DNA of 64,000 nt, taken from Pseudomonadota bacterium. GTDB lineage: Bacteria; UBA10199; 2-02-FULL-44-16; JAAZCA01. Numbering within the stretch: position 1 is the first letter of the stretch; every line of letters begins with the position of its first letter. The position numbers and the translations under genes were made by a program. The stretch covers positions 8,229-72,228 of the forward strand of contig JAZDOG010000090.1 in NCBI GenBank assembly GCA_043798915.1, given 5' to 3'. The notes under the pieces were generated by a model. The model had not been told where the DNA came from and did not search any database. It saw nothing but the letters and a program-made list of their open reading frames with translations. Positions 1 through 8,590 of the stretch are shown here, piece by piece.

Positions 1-2
1 GG

Positions 3-488
3 ACCATTCAGCTGCTTGAATCCGGCGCGCATGATCCAAAAATATCTACGCTGAAGAGCCTGGCCGCGGCGCTTGGGTACCCGCCAGACATAATAGAACA
101 TCAGCTGGATAATATTTTCAGTCAGCCCGTCGATTCTGTTTTTATAACATCTGAAAGGATATTGGAGGAAGGAGAGGACTCCTGGAAAATCTGGCTCTTT
201 AATTTTGTGGATTCCTTCAGGAGGTGCAAGGATTCGGCTTACATCGACACTCCCCCAATGCATGGGCTGTCACCTGAAATCAATGCCTTGATCGCCTCGA
301 CGGTCGAGATGCTCTGCGAAGAGCTTGAAATCCAAATTCCGGAGTGGTGCGCCATCGTTCCGGCATTGAGTTCGCCCTGGTTCGTTTCGGGAATGGAGAG
401 TCTCAAGGCGGCTTCGATAGCGGAGAGCCCGATCCATTTCAGAAAACGAAAGATCTTTGTCCTGGAAAATTTTCTGGCAAGAAAATGA
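3..488 (+). CDS. XRE-family HTH protein, putative antitoxin (5'-partial, starts before the window)
   Basis: The frame of ORF 162..488 is open back to nt 3 and reads TIQLLESGAHDPKISTLKSLAAALG, an XRE helix-turn-helix ending. The C-terminal domain ends SPIHFRKRKIFVLENFL. Confidence 0.75.
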   Translation, partial: TIQLLESGAHDPKISTLKSLAAALGYPPDIIEHQLDNIFSQPVDSVFITSERILEEGEDSWKIWLFNFVDSFRRCKDSAYIDTPPMHGLSPEINALIASTVEMLCEELEIQIPEWCAIVPALSSPWFVSGMESLKAASIAESPIHFRKRKIFVLENFLARK

Positions 489-595
489 AATGTACGTTCG
501 ATGTGATCGCCAAATACTATCCCCACAACAAGGTGCCGGCCAAAACAGAATTTTTTATTGAGGAAATCATGGATAAGGCGGCAAAGGGCGAATGA
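485..595 (+). pseudogene. 36-codon remnant, probably the C-terminus of a DUF6036-like nucleotidyltransferase toxin
   Basis: ATGA overlap with the upstream stop. Peptide MKCTFDVIAKYYPHNKVPAKTEFFIEEIM resembles the C-terminal end of such proteins (recalled, not searched). Confidence 0.45.
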
Positions 596-664
596 CATTT
601 TTGTAAAACCATCAGACGGAGCGAAGTTTAACCTTGGAAAACAGCAGGTTATGCCTGCCCCTGT

Positions 665-703
665 AAAAACCCCACGCGTAGTGAAAAAACGCGTGGGGTT
701 TTT
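665..703. terminator. Bidirectional intrinsic terminator
   Basis: Perfect 15-bp inverted repeat aaaaaccccacgcgt/acgcgtggggttttt between convergent genes. Confidence 0.8.
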
Positions 704-732
704 CTCAGCATCGGAAAGCATTTCTCAATGGA

Positions 733-1143
733 TTATTTCTTCGCCATTTTTTTAGCAGGCGATGCGGCCTTTGGAGTTTCAGTGTCCGCATCATCCGCGG
801 CCTTTGGAGTTTCAACATCCACACCCATCATTACCAGTTTTCTCTTGGCGCAAATAACAATATCGCCCTCGAACTCCTCTCTCGTAGCGAGGCCTTGGAG
901 AGATTTGATAAAACGCGCGCGCAGCGGAGAACCATTCGGGATGCCGGCGGCGACAATCAATTCAATCGCCCGCTCCTTTGCGTCAGCGCAGATGAAATAA
1001 TCCGGGTGAGTGATAAGAATCAGATTGCTCAATGCAGGTTTCAGCAACTTTGGATCCTCAGCGCGGATGCTGTCGAGCGAGTTCAATGCCCTTTTATATA
1101 CTTCGCTCTTTTCATCCATAATCAGCTTCGTCAAAAGAGGCAC
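733..1143 (-). CDS. HEAT-repeat-like protein, probably 5'-truncated
   Basis: The HEAT-like pattern AAAEGLAKHGAKGVPLLTKLIMDEKSEV continues in frame upstream of the GTG to a stop at 1192-1194. An 18-bp direct repeat (764-781, 797-814) encodes ETPKAA twice. Confidence 0.5.
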   Translation of the reverse strand: MPLLTKLIMDEKSEVYKRALNSLDSIRAEDPKLLKPALSNLILITHPDYFICADAKERAIELIVAAGIPNGSPLRARFIKSLQGLATREEFEGDIVICAKRKLVMMGVDVETPKAADDADTETPKAASPAKKMAKK

Positions 1144-1202
1144 TCCCTTCGCCCCGTGCTTCGCGAGGCCTTCCGCCGCCGCGCACGCATATTATCGGAA
1201 TC

Positions 1203-1237
1203 TTGACTCTGTCTCACTTTATGATACACTTGTCTCA
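1203..1237 (+). promoter_or_regulatory. Promoter/operator of the MNT-HEPN module
   Basis: TTGACT followed by tgtctca-N5-tgataca-N2-tgtctca repeats; GGAGG before ATG 1257. Confidence 0.5.
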
Positions 1238-1256
1238 TAGTTGGAGGTCATTGAAC

Positions 1257-1844
1257 ATGCTGCCCATCTCCACCAGATCGCCCTCATTGAGGACAGTCCT
1301 TGAATATTTTTTTGAGAATCCAGGCGCGGAGCGATACGTCCGCGAGCTCGCGAGGTCGATCGGCGAGCCGGTGGCATCTGTCCAGAGGCATCTCCTTGCG
1401 CTGGAGAAAGAGGGCGTCCTTAAATCCAGGAAACACGGGCCGCTAAAGCACTACTTCCTGAATGCGGATTACAGATATCTCCCGGAGCTCCGAAGCGTGG
1501 TCCTGAGGGAGGCGCGCAGGCTCAAGCTGGAAGAGAACCTGAAGAAGATAATCGGCATCCTAAAGAAATCCTATCCCCCGGAGAAGGTGATCCTCTTCGG
1601 GTCGCTGGCCCGCGGGAGGGTTTCGCCGGACAGCGACATCGATATTCTCATCGTGAAGAGGGGGGTGGCGCCGCGCTACTGGGATCGCGTGAGAGAGCTG
1701 GCTCCTCTGCTTTCGGGCTGCAGTGTTGGCGTGGACTACCTCATCTGGACTCCGGAGGAATTTGAATTGGGTAGACAGGAGAACCGTTTTTTGAAAGAAG
1801 AGGTGCTGGATTGCGGGAGGGTGGTCTATGAGCGGGCGGCATGA
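1257..1844 (+). CDS. ArsR-like wHTH fused to a minimal nucleotidyltransferase (MNT antitoxin)
   Basis: N-terminal YVRELARSIG...VQRHLLALEKEG HTH; GSLARG...DSDIDILIV pol-beta NTase motif. Confidence 0.88.
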   Translation: MLPISTRSPSLRTVLEYFFENPGAERYVRELARSIGEPVASVQRHLLALEKEGVLKSRKHGPLKHYFLNADYRYLPELRSVVLREARRLKLEENLKKIIGILKKSYPPEKVILFGSLARGRVSPDSDIDILIVKRGVAPRYWDRVRELAPLLSGCSVGVDYLIWTPEEFELGRQENRFLKEEVLDCGRVVYERAA

Positions 1845-2247
1845 CGAGTGGCTCGATCGCGCTGAGGATGACCTCAAATTTGCGAAGGTCGGTCTTCGGG
1901 AGGAGTTCTTCGCGCAGGTCTGCTTTCATGCGCAGCAGTGCATCGAGAAGAGCCTCAAAGGGGCGCTCGTTGCGATGGGGCGCTCATATCCAAAGAGCCA
2001 TAGTCTGGCAGAGCTTTTAAAAAAGTTGCCGGAGCTAAAGCTTGATGCGTGGCGCGTGAGCATCATGATCATCGATGGATATTATGTCCCCTTGCGCTAC
2101 CCCGATGCAGCGCCGGGGATGAAATCTTCCGGGCCGCCAAACGGCAAGGAAGCGAAAGATGCCTTGGATACTGCGGAAGAGGTGTTTGGCGCGGTCTGCA
2201 GATTCATCAGTCACCTTCACAGCACAAAAAAACAGGGCCGGGTTTGA
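1828..2247 (+). CDS. HEPN-domain protein (partner of MNT)
   Basis: WLDRAEDDL, CFHAQQCIEKSLKG, YPKSHSL and LRYPD motifs; overlaps the MNT gene. Confidence 0.88.
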   Translation: MSGRHDEWLDRAEDDLKFAKVGLREEFFAQVCFHAQQCIEKSLKGALVAMGRSYPKSHSLAELLKKLPELKLDAWRVSIMIIDGYYVPLRYPDAAPGMKSSGPPNGKEAKDALDTAEEVFGAVCRFISHLHSTKKQGRV

Positions 2248-2263
2248 ACCCCGGCCCTTCTTT
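2234..2263 (+). terminator. Putative intrinsic terminator
   Basis: 9-bp stem agggccggg/cccggccct followed by tcttt. Confidence 0.55.
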
Positions 2264-2349
2264 GCCAGGGCTGCGAGACATATCACCTATTGACCTCCGT
2301 AGTCTATAAATGGTATACTTTAGCTAACTTGGGAAAGCGAGGTCAAGAT

Positions 2350-2580
2350 ATGGCAAGAGGAGAGGCGTTTGCGACTAAATTGCCCCGTGATCTGACCGAT
2401 ACCCTCGATGACGTCTGCGAGCGGTTCGGCCTGCGCAAAAACTTCGTTGTGGAGCAGGCCCTGCGCGAAAAGCTTGAGGATATCATGGACACCTTTGATC
2501 TCCAGGAGGCCATGAAGACGGCGTCCGGCTTTCGTTCCTGGCGCGAGATTAAACGTGGAGGCAAGGGATCGCATTCATGA
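2350..2580 (+). CDS. Ribbon-helix-helix antitoxin
   Basis: FATKLPRDLTDTLDDVC...RKNFVVEQALREKLED RHH pattern; ATGA-coupled to a RelE gene. Confidence 0.8.
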   Translation: MARGEAFATKLPRDLTDTLDDVCERFGLRKNFVVEQALREKLEDIMDTFDLQEAMKTASGFRSWREIKRGGKGSHS

Positions 2581-2840
2581 GCTATCGCGTCGAAATTGAG
2601 ACAAGCGCAATCAGAGAATTTCAAAAGCTCCCGAAAGAAGCGAAGGCATCTCTGGGAGACGTTCTTGACAACCTGGAGCGAGAGCCTCGTCCCCTTGGCG
2701 CGAAGAAACTCATCAATCAGGAAGGATACCGGATTCGAAAAGGGGATTATCGCATCCTCTATGCCGTGGATGACAAGGCCCTTGTCGTCCAGGTCTATCG
2801 AATCGGTCATCGACGCGATGTCTATCGACATCTTCGCTGA
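2577..2840 (+). CDS. relE: RelE/ParE-family type II toxin
   Basis: PRPLGAKKL...YRIRKGDYRILY...IGHRRDVY signature. Confidence 0.9.
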   Translation: MSYRVEIETSAIREFQKLPKEAKASLGDVLDNLEREPRPLGAKKLINQEGYRIRKGDYRILYAVDDKALVVQVYRIGHRRDVYRHLR

Positions 2841-2872
2841 CCGGATATAGGACCCACAGAATCTCTAATCCC

Positions 2873-4327
2873 ATGAAACAGGACCAGCTCGATATATTTG
2901 CTGTTGAAGCGCCTGAGGCGAAGCCGCCTGAGGGCGAGGCCCGGCCCAAGCGCGCGCGCAAACCGCGCGAGGTGAAGAAAGCGCCGTTCATTGTGGATTC
3001 GTATGCGCCGACAGAAGAGGTACAGCGAAAAACCGCAACCCCTCCCCTTTGTAAGGGGAGGATGGGTGGGGTAGATCAAGGTCTACCTCCCCTTGCCCCT
3101 CCTTACAAAGGAGGGGATGGGGTTCAGGAAGCGGTTTCAAAAAAAATTCTCACCGTCAGCGAGCTCACGGAGAGCATCAAGTCGCGCATCGAACCCTCCT
3201 TTACCGACGTCTGGGTCTCGGGCGAGGTCACGGATTTCAGGAACAGAACGGGCCGGCACTACTATTTCGCGCTCAAGGACGAGTCGAGCAAGATAAGGAT
3301 GGTCATCTTCGGCGCCGGCGAAGGCAAACGCGTCCCGTTCGAACTCAAGGATGGGATGGAGGTAATCTGCCACGGGAGCATGAACGTCTACGCGCCGCAG
3401 GGCAGCTATTCCGTCATCGTCGATGTCATCGAACCCAAGGGCATAGGCGCGCGGGAGCTCGCGTTCGAGCAACTCAAGAAGAAGCTCAAGGCAGAAGGAC
3501 TTTTCGCGCGCGAGCGCAAGCGGCCCTTGCCATATCTGCCGCGCAGGATCGGCGTCGTCACATCCGAGACCGGCGCTGCGATCCGCGACATCGTCCACGT
3601 CCTCACGCGCCGCTTTCCGAACATCGAGATACTCCTGCACCCTGTGCGCGTGCAGGGCGACGGCGCGGCCGCTGAGATCGCCGGGGCGATCGGCGCGATG
3701 AACTCCGTCGATGGCCTCGACCTCCTCATCGTCGGCCGCGGCGGCGGGTCGATCGAAGACCTCTGGGCGTTCAACGAGGAGATCGTCGCGCGGGCGATCG
3801 CCGCGTCGAAGCTGCCCGTGGTCTCTGCCGTCGGACATGAGATAGACTTCACGATCGCGGATTTCGTCGCCGATGTCCGCGCTGCGACGCCATCCGCTGC
3901 CGCCGAGATAGCCGTGCCGGTGCGAAGCGAGCTGCTGGCGAGGATTGCGGAGATGCGCCGGAGGCTGGCGCTTGCGCTGGAGCAGGGGATCGCCAATAGG
4001 TCCGGCGAACTCAAGAGGCTTGCCGAGCGCATCGGCGATCCGAGGAAGAAGCTCCCTGATTTCATGCTTCGCGTCGACGGCTTGCGCGAGAGGCTCGTGT
4101 TCGCGATGAACACTCACATGGACAGGCGGCAGCAAACCATAGCCAAGCTGGTCAGCAATCTCGACCACCTCTCTCCTCTCGGGGTCCTGTCAAAGGGGTA
4201 TTCCGTTGTGACCGGCAGCGACGGCTGCGCCGTCCGCGCCGCCGGGACCCTGAAGCCCGGCGACGATCTCAATATCCGCTTTCATAGCGGATCGGCCGCA
4301 GCCCGCGTGACTAAAGTCATCAATTAG
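2873..4327 (+). CDS. xseA: Exodeoxyribonuclease VII large subunit with N-terminal extension
   Basis: ILTVSEL, GHYYFALKD-like OB fold, GRGGGSIEDLWAFNEE, VGHEIDFTIADFVAD, ATPSAAAE; followed by xseB. Confidence 0.97.
   Translation: MKQDQLDIFAVEAPEAKPPEGEARPKRARKPREVKKAPFIVDSYAPTEEVQRKTATPPLCKGRMGGVDQGLPPLAPPYKGGDGVQEAVSKKILTVSELTESIKSRIEPSFTDVWVSGEVTDFRNRTGRHYYFALKDESSKIRMVIFGAGEGKRVPFELKDGMEVICHGSMNVYAPQGSYSVIVDVIEPKGIGARELAFEQLKKKLKAEGLFARERKRPLPYLPRRIGVVTSETGAAIRDIVHVLTRRFPNIEILLHPVRVQGDGAAAEIAGAIGAMNSVDGLDLLIVGRGGGSIEDLWAFNEEIVARAIAASKLPVVSAVGHEIDFTIADFVADVRAATPSAAAEIAVPVRSELLARIAEMRRRLALALEQGIANRSGELKRLAERIGDPRKKLPDFMLRVDGLRERLVFAMNTHMDRRQQTIAKLVSNLDHLSPLGVLSKGYSVVTGSDGCAVRAAGTLKPGDDLNIRFHSGSAAARVTKVIN
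3039..3116. repeat. Palindromic REP/BoxC-like element, family A, inside xseA
   Basis: cccctcccctttgtaagggg...gtaga...tctacc...ccttacaaaggagggg; homologous to the copies at 5524, 22198 and 26906. Confidence 0.9.
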
Positions 4328-4398
4328 AGGCACACCCCAAAAATCATTGACGGATAAGGGTTTGCTGGGATACAGCTCTCATATACCGAGAGGGTTAT

Positions 4399-4632
4399 AT
4401 GGCCGAACAAAAGAGGACCTTCGAGCAGTCCGCCTCTGATCTTGAGGCGATTGTCCGCCAGCTGGAAGGCGGCAGCCTCCAGCTCGATGATTCGCTCAAG
4501 GCCTTCGAGCGCGGCATCGGGCTCACTCGCGAGTGCGAGTTGCTTCTCAATGAGGCCAAGGCCAAGGTCGAAAAGCTGGTGCGAGATGCGGCAGGAGAGA
4601 TGAAAACAGAGCCGTTTGAACCAAAGGGGTGA
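4399..4632 (+). CDS. xseB: Exodeoxyribonuclease VII small subunit
   Basis: FEQS..DLEAIVRQLEGGSLQLDDSLKAFERGI pattern. Confidence 0.96.
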   Translation: MAEQKRTFEQSASDLEAIVRQLEGGSLQLDDSLKAFERGIGLTRECELLLNEAKAKVEKLVRDAAGEMKTEPFEPKG

Positions 4633-4640
4633 CGTCGAAC

Positions 4641-5522
4641 ATGGACCTCAAGTCGTATCTCAATGAGCGAAGGGAGCGGGTCGAAGGGGTGCTCAGCCGC
4701 TCGATCGGTGATAACGATATCCCGGAGACGCTCAGGCGCGCCATGAGCTACAGCCTCGAGGCTGGAGGGAAGAGGCTCCGCCCCATCCTCGTGATCGCTG
4801 GTGCAGAGGCAGTCGGGGGCGAAGAATCAAAAGTGATGCGCGCGGCAGTCGCGATGGAGATGATTCACACCTTCTCGCTCATCCACGACGACCTGCCCGC
4901 GATGGACGATGATTCGCTACGGCGCGGCAAACCCACGAACCACAAGGTCTTCGGCGAGGCCCAGGCTATTCTGGCCGGCGACGGCCTCCTCGCGGAGGCG
5001 TTCTATTTTCTCGCCAGCGACGGCAGCGGTTTGAATTCCGCCGCCCTGGTCGAAACGATTCGCGATATTGCAGCGGCCACCGGAGGAAGAGGGATGACCG
5101 GCGGCCAGGCGGTCGACGTCGAGGCGACAGGCAGGCAGGTGAAGGAGGAGGATCTCACCCGACTTCATCTCATGAAGACCGGCGCGCTCATCACCGCGTC
5201 CGTCACCGCCGGGGCGAGACTCTCCGGCGCATCGCGCGAGGAGATCGAATCGCTTGAAAGGTACGGAAAGGCGGTAGGCCTTGCCTTCCAGATCGCCGAC
5301 GACGTCCTCGATATCGAGGGGGATCAGACGGAGCTGGGAAAGGATGTCGGCAGCGACGTCTCCAAGGGCAAGTCGACCTATCCAGCCGTCATCGGCCTCG
5401 AGGCTTCAAAGAGGAAGGCGGCTTCGCTCGTCGACCAGGCGGTCGCGGCCCTGGCCCGTTTCGACAACCGCGCGGAGCCGCTGAGGCTGATCGCAAGATA
5501 TATTGTAGAAAGGAAAAACTGA
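4641..5522 (+). CDS. ispA: Farnesyl/geranylgeranyl diphosphate synthase
   Basis: GGKRLRP, SLIHDDLPAMDDDSLRRGKPT and FQIADDVLD motifs; alternative GTG start at 4629. Confidence 0.96.
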   Translation: MDLKSYLNERRERVEGVLSRSIGDNDIPETLRRAMSYSLEAGGKRLRPILVIAGAEAVGGEESKVMRAAVAMEMIHTFSLIHDDLPAMDDDSLRRGKPTNHKVFGEAQAILAGDGLLAEAFYFLASDGSGLNSAALVETIRDIAAATGGRGMTGGQAVDVEATGRQVKEEDLTRLHLMKTGALITASVTAGARLSGASREEIESLERYGKAVGLAFQIADDVLDIEGDQTELGKDVGSDVSKGKSTYPAVIGLEASKRKAASLVDQAVAALARFDNRAEPLRLIARYIVERKN

Positions 5523-5523
5523 T

Positions 5524-5621
5524 TTTCCCCTCCTTTGTAAGGAGGGGGAAGGGGAGGTAGATCAGGCGAGCTTTTCAAGGTCTACCCCACCCTGACCCTC
5601 CCCTTACAAAGGGGAGGGAAA
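5524..5621. repeat. Palindromic element, family A (opposite orientation to the xseA copy)
   Basis: tttcccctcctttgtaagg...ccttacaaaggggagggaaa, intergenic between ispA and yjbQ. Confidence 0.9.
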
Positions 5622-5648
5622 TGTCATTAGGTCCAGAATGACGAATAT

Positions 5649-6071
5649 ATGAAATCGTTCATCAGCGAGATAAAAATAGATACGAAGGGGCCCATCGAAT
5701 TTGTGGACATCACGGGCCGCGTGCGCAGCGCCTTTGAGGAGAGCGGCATCAGGGAGGGCCTGGTGACGGTCTTCACCAGTCACACGACCGCCGCCGTGAA
5801 GATCAACGAGCGATGCGACCGCCTGCAGGAGGATATGCTGGCGTTTCTTGAAAATGCGGTGCCGGCATCCAACTACAGGCACGATGAGGATACGGTCGAC
5901 AGCAGGGCGAACGCGAGGAGCCACCTCATGTCGCTCCTGCTCAACGCCTCGGAGACGGTGCCGGCCTCCGGCGGCAAGCTCATGCTCGGCACCTGGCAGA
6001 CGCTCTTCTTCATCGAGCTCGACGGTCCGCGAAGAGGGCGGAGCGTATCCGTGGGGATCATCGGAGAATGA
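5649..6071 (+). CDS. yjbQ: YjbQ/UPF0047 family protein
   Basis: HTTAAVKINE, NARSHL and LGTWQ..FFIELDGPR motifs. Confidence 0.93.
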   Translation: MKSFISEIKIDTKGPIEFVDITGRVRSAFEESGIREGLVTVFTSHTTAAVKINERCDRLQEDMLAFLENAVPASNYRHDEDTVDSRANARSHLMSLLLNASETVPASGGKLMLGTWQTLFFIELDGPRRGRSVSVGIIGE

Positions 6072-7462
6072 ATACAAACGAGATAAAGGGTTTTTTCGCC
6101 GACGAGGCCGCGATAGACCGCGATGTGCATGTGGTCTTCACCTACCTCATGGAGACTGCCATCGATCCGGCCGAGGCCGCGGCGAATCTCTGCCGCGAGA
6201 CCTCCACCGCGCAGTGGGCGAGGCCGGGCAAGGGCGAGGACTTCCGCCCCCGGTACGCTGCGAAGGTGTTGGATATAGAGATAGTCGATGAGACCGCCGT
6301 CTCGACTTTTGGCGCCGTTGAACCGGACGGCGGGCGGTTTGCCCGAGCGAGGGTGCGCATCGCGCATCCGTCCGGCAATTTCGGCGCGAGGATTCCCAAC
6401 CTGCTCACCGCGGCGATGGGCGAGGGCGCCTTTTTCTGCCACGGGGTGAGCGCGATCAAGCTCCTGGATATCTCGTTTCCGTCTCGTTACCTCGCCGATT
6501 TTCAGGGTCCGAAGTTCGGGACGGCCGGGATCCGCGAAATCCTCGGGGTTCAAGGTCGGCCGCTCTTCTTCGGCGTTGTGAAGCCGAACATCGGCCTCGA
6601 CCCGAAGAGCTTTGCCGATATCGCGCGGGAGGCGTGGCTTGGCGGGCTCGATGCTGCAAAGGATGACGAAATGCTCGCCGATCCGGATTACTCGCCCTTT
6701 GCGGAGAGGACGCGGCTGGTGGGACAGATGCGCCGCAATGCGGAGGAGGCGACCGGCGAGAGGAAGATGTTCATCGCCAACATCACCGACGAAGTGGAGA
6801 GGCTCAAGGAACTCCACGACATCGCCGTCGCAAACGGCATCAACGCGGTGATGGTGAATGCGATGGCGGTCGGCTTATCGGGCGTGCGGATGATCTGCAG
6901 ACATTCGACCGTGCCGGTGATCGGGCACTTCGACTGCATAGCCCCGATGTCGCGGCATCCCAACTTTGGCGTGAGCTCGTCGGTCTTCACTAAACTTCAG
7001 CGCATCTGCGGATGCGATGCGATAATCATGCCCGGCTTTGGCGCCAGGATGATGACGCCTGAGGAAGAGGTTCTGGTAAATGCCGCGGAGTGTTCAAATC
7101 CGCTCAGCCGCATCAAGGCGGCGCTTCCGGTGCCCGGCGGCAGCGATTGGGCGGGAACGCTTCCGCTCATGTACGAAAAGCTCAGGACGCACGACTTTGC
7201 GATGGTCCCCGGCCGCGGGGTGTTCGGGCATCCCAAGGGGCCGCGCGCGGGCGCCGCTTCCCTGAGGCAGGCCTGGGAGGCAATCGAGCAGAGGATAGAT
7301 CTCGCCGGTTATGCCGAGAGCCACAGGGAGCTGCGCGAGGCGATCGAGGCGTTCGGCGGGGAGTCAGAGAAAGTTTCTAGCGAGGGCGATGAGGGGTTGA
7401 AACCATACATCTGCGGGTTCACGGGAGCAGATCTCTCGTTCAATCGGAACGAACGGAATTAG
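6068..7462 (+). CDS. RuBisCO-like protein (form IV), resembling the Chlorobium IV-Photo RLP
   Basis: GVVKPNIGL, GLDAAKDDEM (carbamylation-site motif), ANITDEV, LPVPGGSD, VPGRGVFGHP.GP.AGA.SLRQAWEA. Confidence 0.93.
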   Translation: MNTNEIKGFFADEAAIDRDVHVVFTYLMETAIDPAEAAANLCRETSTAQWARPGKGEDFRPRYAAKVLDIEIVDETAVSTFGAVEPDGGRFARARVRIAHPSGNFGARIPNLLTAAMGEGAFFCHGVSAIKLLDISFPSRYLADFQGPKFGTAGIREILGVQGRPLFFGVVKPNIGLDPKSFADIAREAWLGGLDAAKDDEMLADPDYSPFAERTRLVGQMRRNAEEATGERKMFIANITDEVERLKELHDIAVANGINAVMVNAMAVGLSGVRMICRHSTVPVIGHFDCIAPMSRHPNFGVSSSVFTKLQRICGCDAIIMPGFGARMMTPEEEVLVNAAECSNPLSRIKAALPVPGGSDWAGTLPLMYEKLRTHDFAMVPGRGVFGHPKGPRAGAASLRQAWEAIEQRIDLAGYAESHRELREAIEAFGGESEKVSSEGDEGLKPYICGFTGADLSFNRNERN

Positions 7463-7968
7463 AGGTTTTCCTTCTGCAGGAATATTCCCTTGTCCACCTT
7501 CTCGAAAAAAATCTGGTAGTAATTCCCATCATCTATGGGGCCGGCTTCGACGACCGCCCCAAGGTTGTCGAGGATCTTCTTCTGGAAATTGACGCGGACG
7601 CGGCATTGTTTGCCGTATTCGCTCACGTTGGCAGTTGCGTCGATCACGGATAGCTTGTTCCATCTTGCCGGTTCCTTCGAATTATTAGTGGTGCCCCATG
7701 AGAAGCCGAACGGCGACCCGCCGCCCAGATCGACTTCTTTGGTCGCGGAGAGGAAGCCCAGATTAGCGTCGGCGTTCTTGATGATGAAGCCCTCGTCCTG
7801 GAGGACATTGAGCAGCGCCTTGATCACGAGCTTTGGGTCCTTTGTGTCGAAGGTTCGCGTCTGGAATTCGCGGATCTGCAGCTGTGTCTTGGGCGGTTCG
7901 GATGTAAACCAGGAGCAGGATGAGACGAGGATGAGGAGCGACAGCGCTGTCATCAAGCGTTTCTTCAT
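7459..7968 (-). CDS. Hypothetical lipoprotein
   Basis: MKKRL...LILVSSC lipobox; RBS ggagg; paired with the upstream lipoprotein. Confidence 0.75.
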   Translation of the reverse strand: MKKRLMTALSLLILVSSCSWFTSEPPKTQLQIREFQTRTFDTKDPKLVIKALLNVLQDEGFIIKNADANLGFLSATKEVDLGGGSPFGFSWGTTNNSKEPARWNKLSVIDATANVSEYGKQCRVRVNFQKKILDNLGAVVEAGPIDDGNYYQIFFEKVDKGIFLQKENL

Positions 7969-7992
7969 TTTGCGGCCTCCGACCGGCAGCTA

Positions 7993-8397
7993 TCAGAACT
8001 TGCTGGAGTTATACGAGAGCGTCTCCACCTGGCCCTTGCTGTTGAATTTGATCACCACCGTCAGCGTCCGCTGCGTGCTGCCGGAATTGCCCGAATTCCG
8101 CGACCCTCCGATGAGGATCAGCGTCCAGTAAAAGTCCTTGTGCGAATAGGACGCCTCCGTCGCTATCTTGTCATAGATCCAGGTCTCCAGGCCAGTGCTG
8201 TCCTTCGTGACGATATTGGGCGAGCCCAGGGCCTCGGCGACATCGGCCTGCGACATCCCCTTGTGAATGTCCCTCTGCACGATCCCGAGCGTCATCTCCC
8301 GCTCCTTTGCGGTGACGGGCTGTTTGTCGCCGCCGCAGGCAGAGAGAGCGAGGGAGGCCAAAAGAACGACCCAGAGCACGATTCTCTTTGTAATCAT
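7993..8397 (-). CDS. BamE/SmpA-like lipoprotein
   Basis: LALSAC lipobox; IHKGMSQADVAEALGSP...ETWIY motif; aggag RBS before ATG 8397. Confidence 0.75.
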   Translation of the reverse strand: MITKRIVLWVVLLASLALSACGGDKQPVTAKEREMTLGIVQRDIHKGMSQADVAEALGSPNIVTKDSTGLETWIYDKIATEASYSHKDFYWTLILIGGSRNSGNSGSTQRTLTVVIKFNSKGQVETLSYNSSKF

Positions 8398-8590
8398 GAC
8401 GGTTTCTCCTCTTATATATAACAGCAAAACCCTAAAAGGCCCATCGCGTCAACAGGCCTTTTGACCAACTTGGCCTGCCTGGCCGATACTGGTCAAGCTG
8501 AAATAAGGGATCCCTGATGATATTTTAAATGCCACTTTGTGCAATAAATATGTTGAAATTAATATTAAAAAGTGCATACTATAAGCAATT

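Noticed and set aside
6068..7462. CO2-fixing RuBisCO
   Set aside because: It has KDDEM and GHFD instead of the form I-III KDDEN and HxHRA motifs, and there is no small subunit or prk; it is a form IV RLP.
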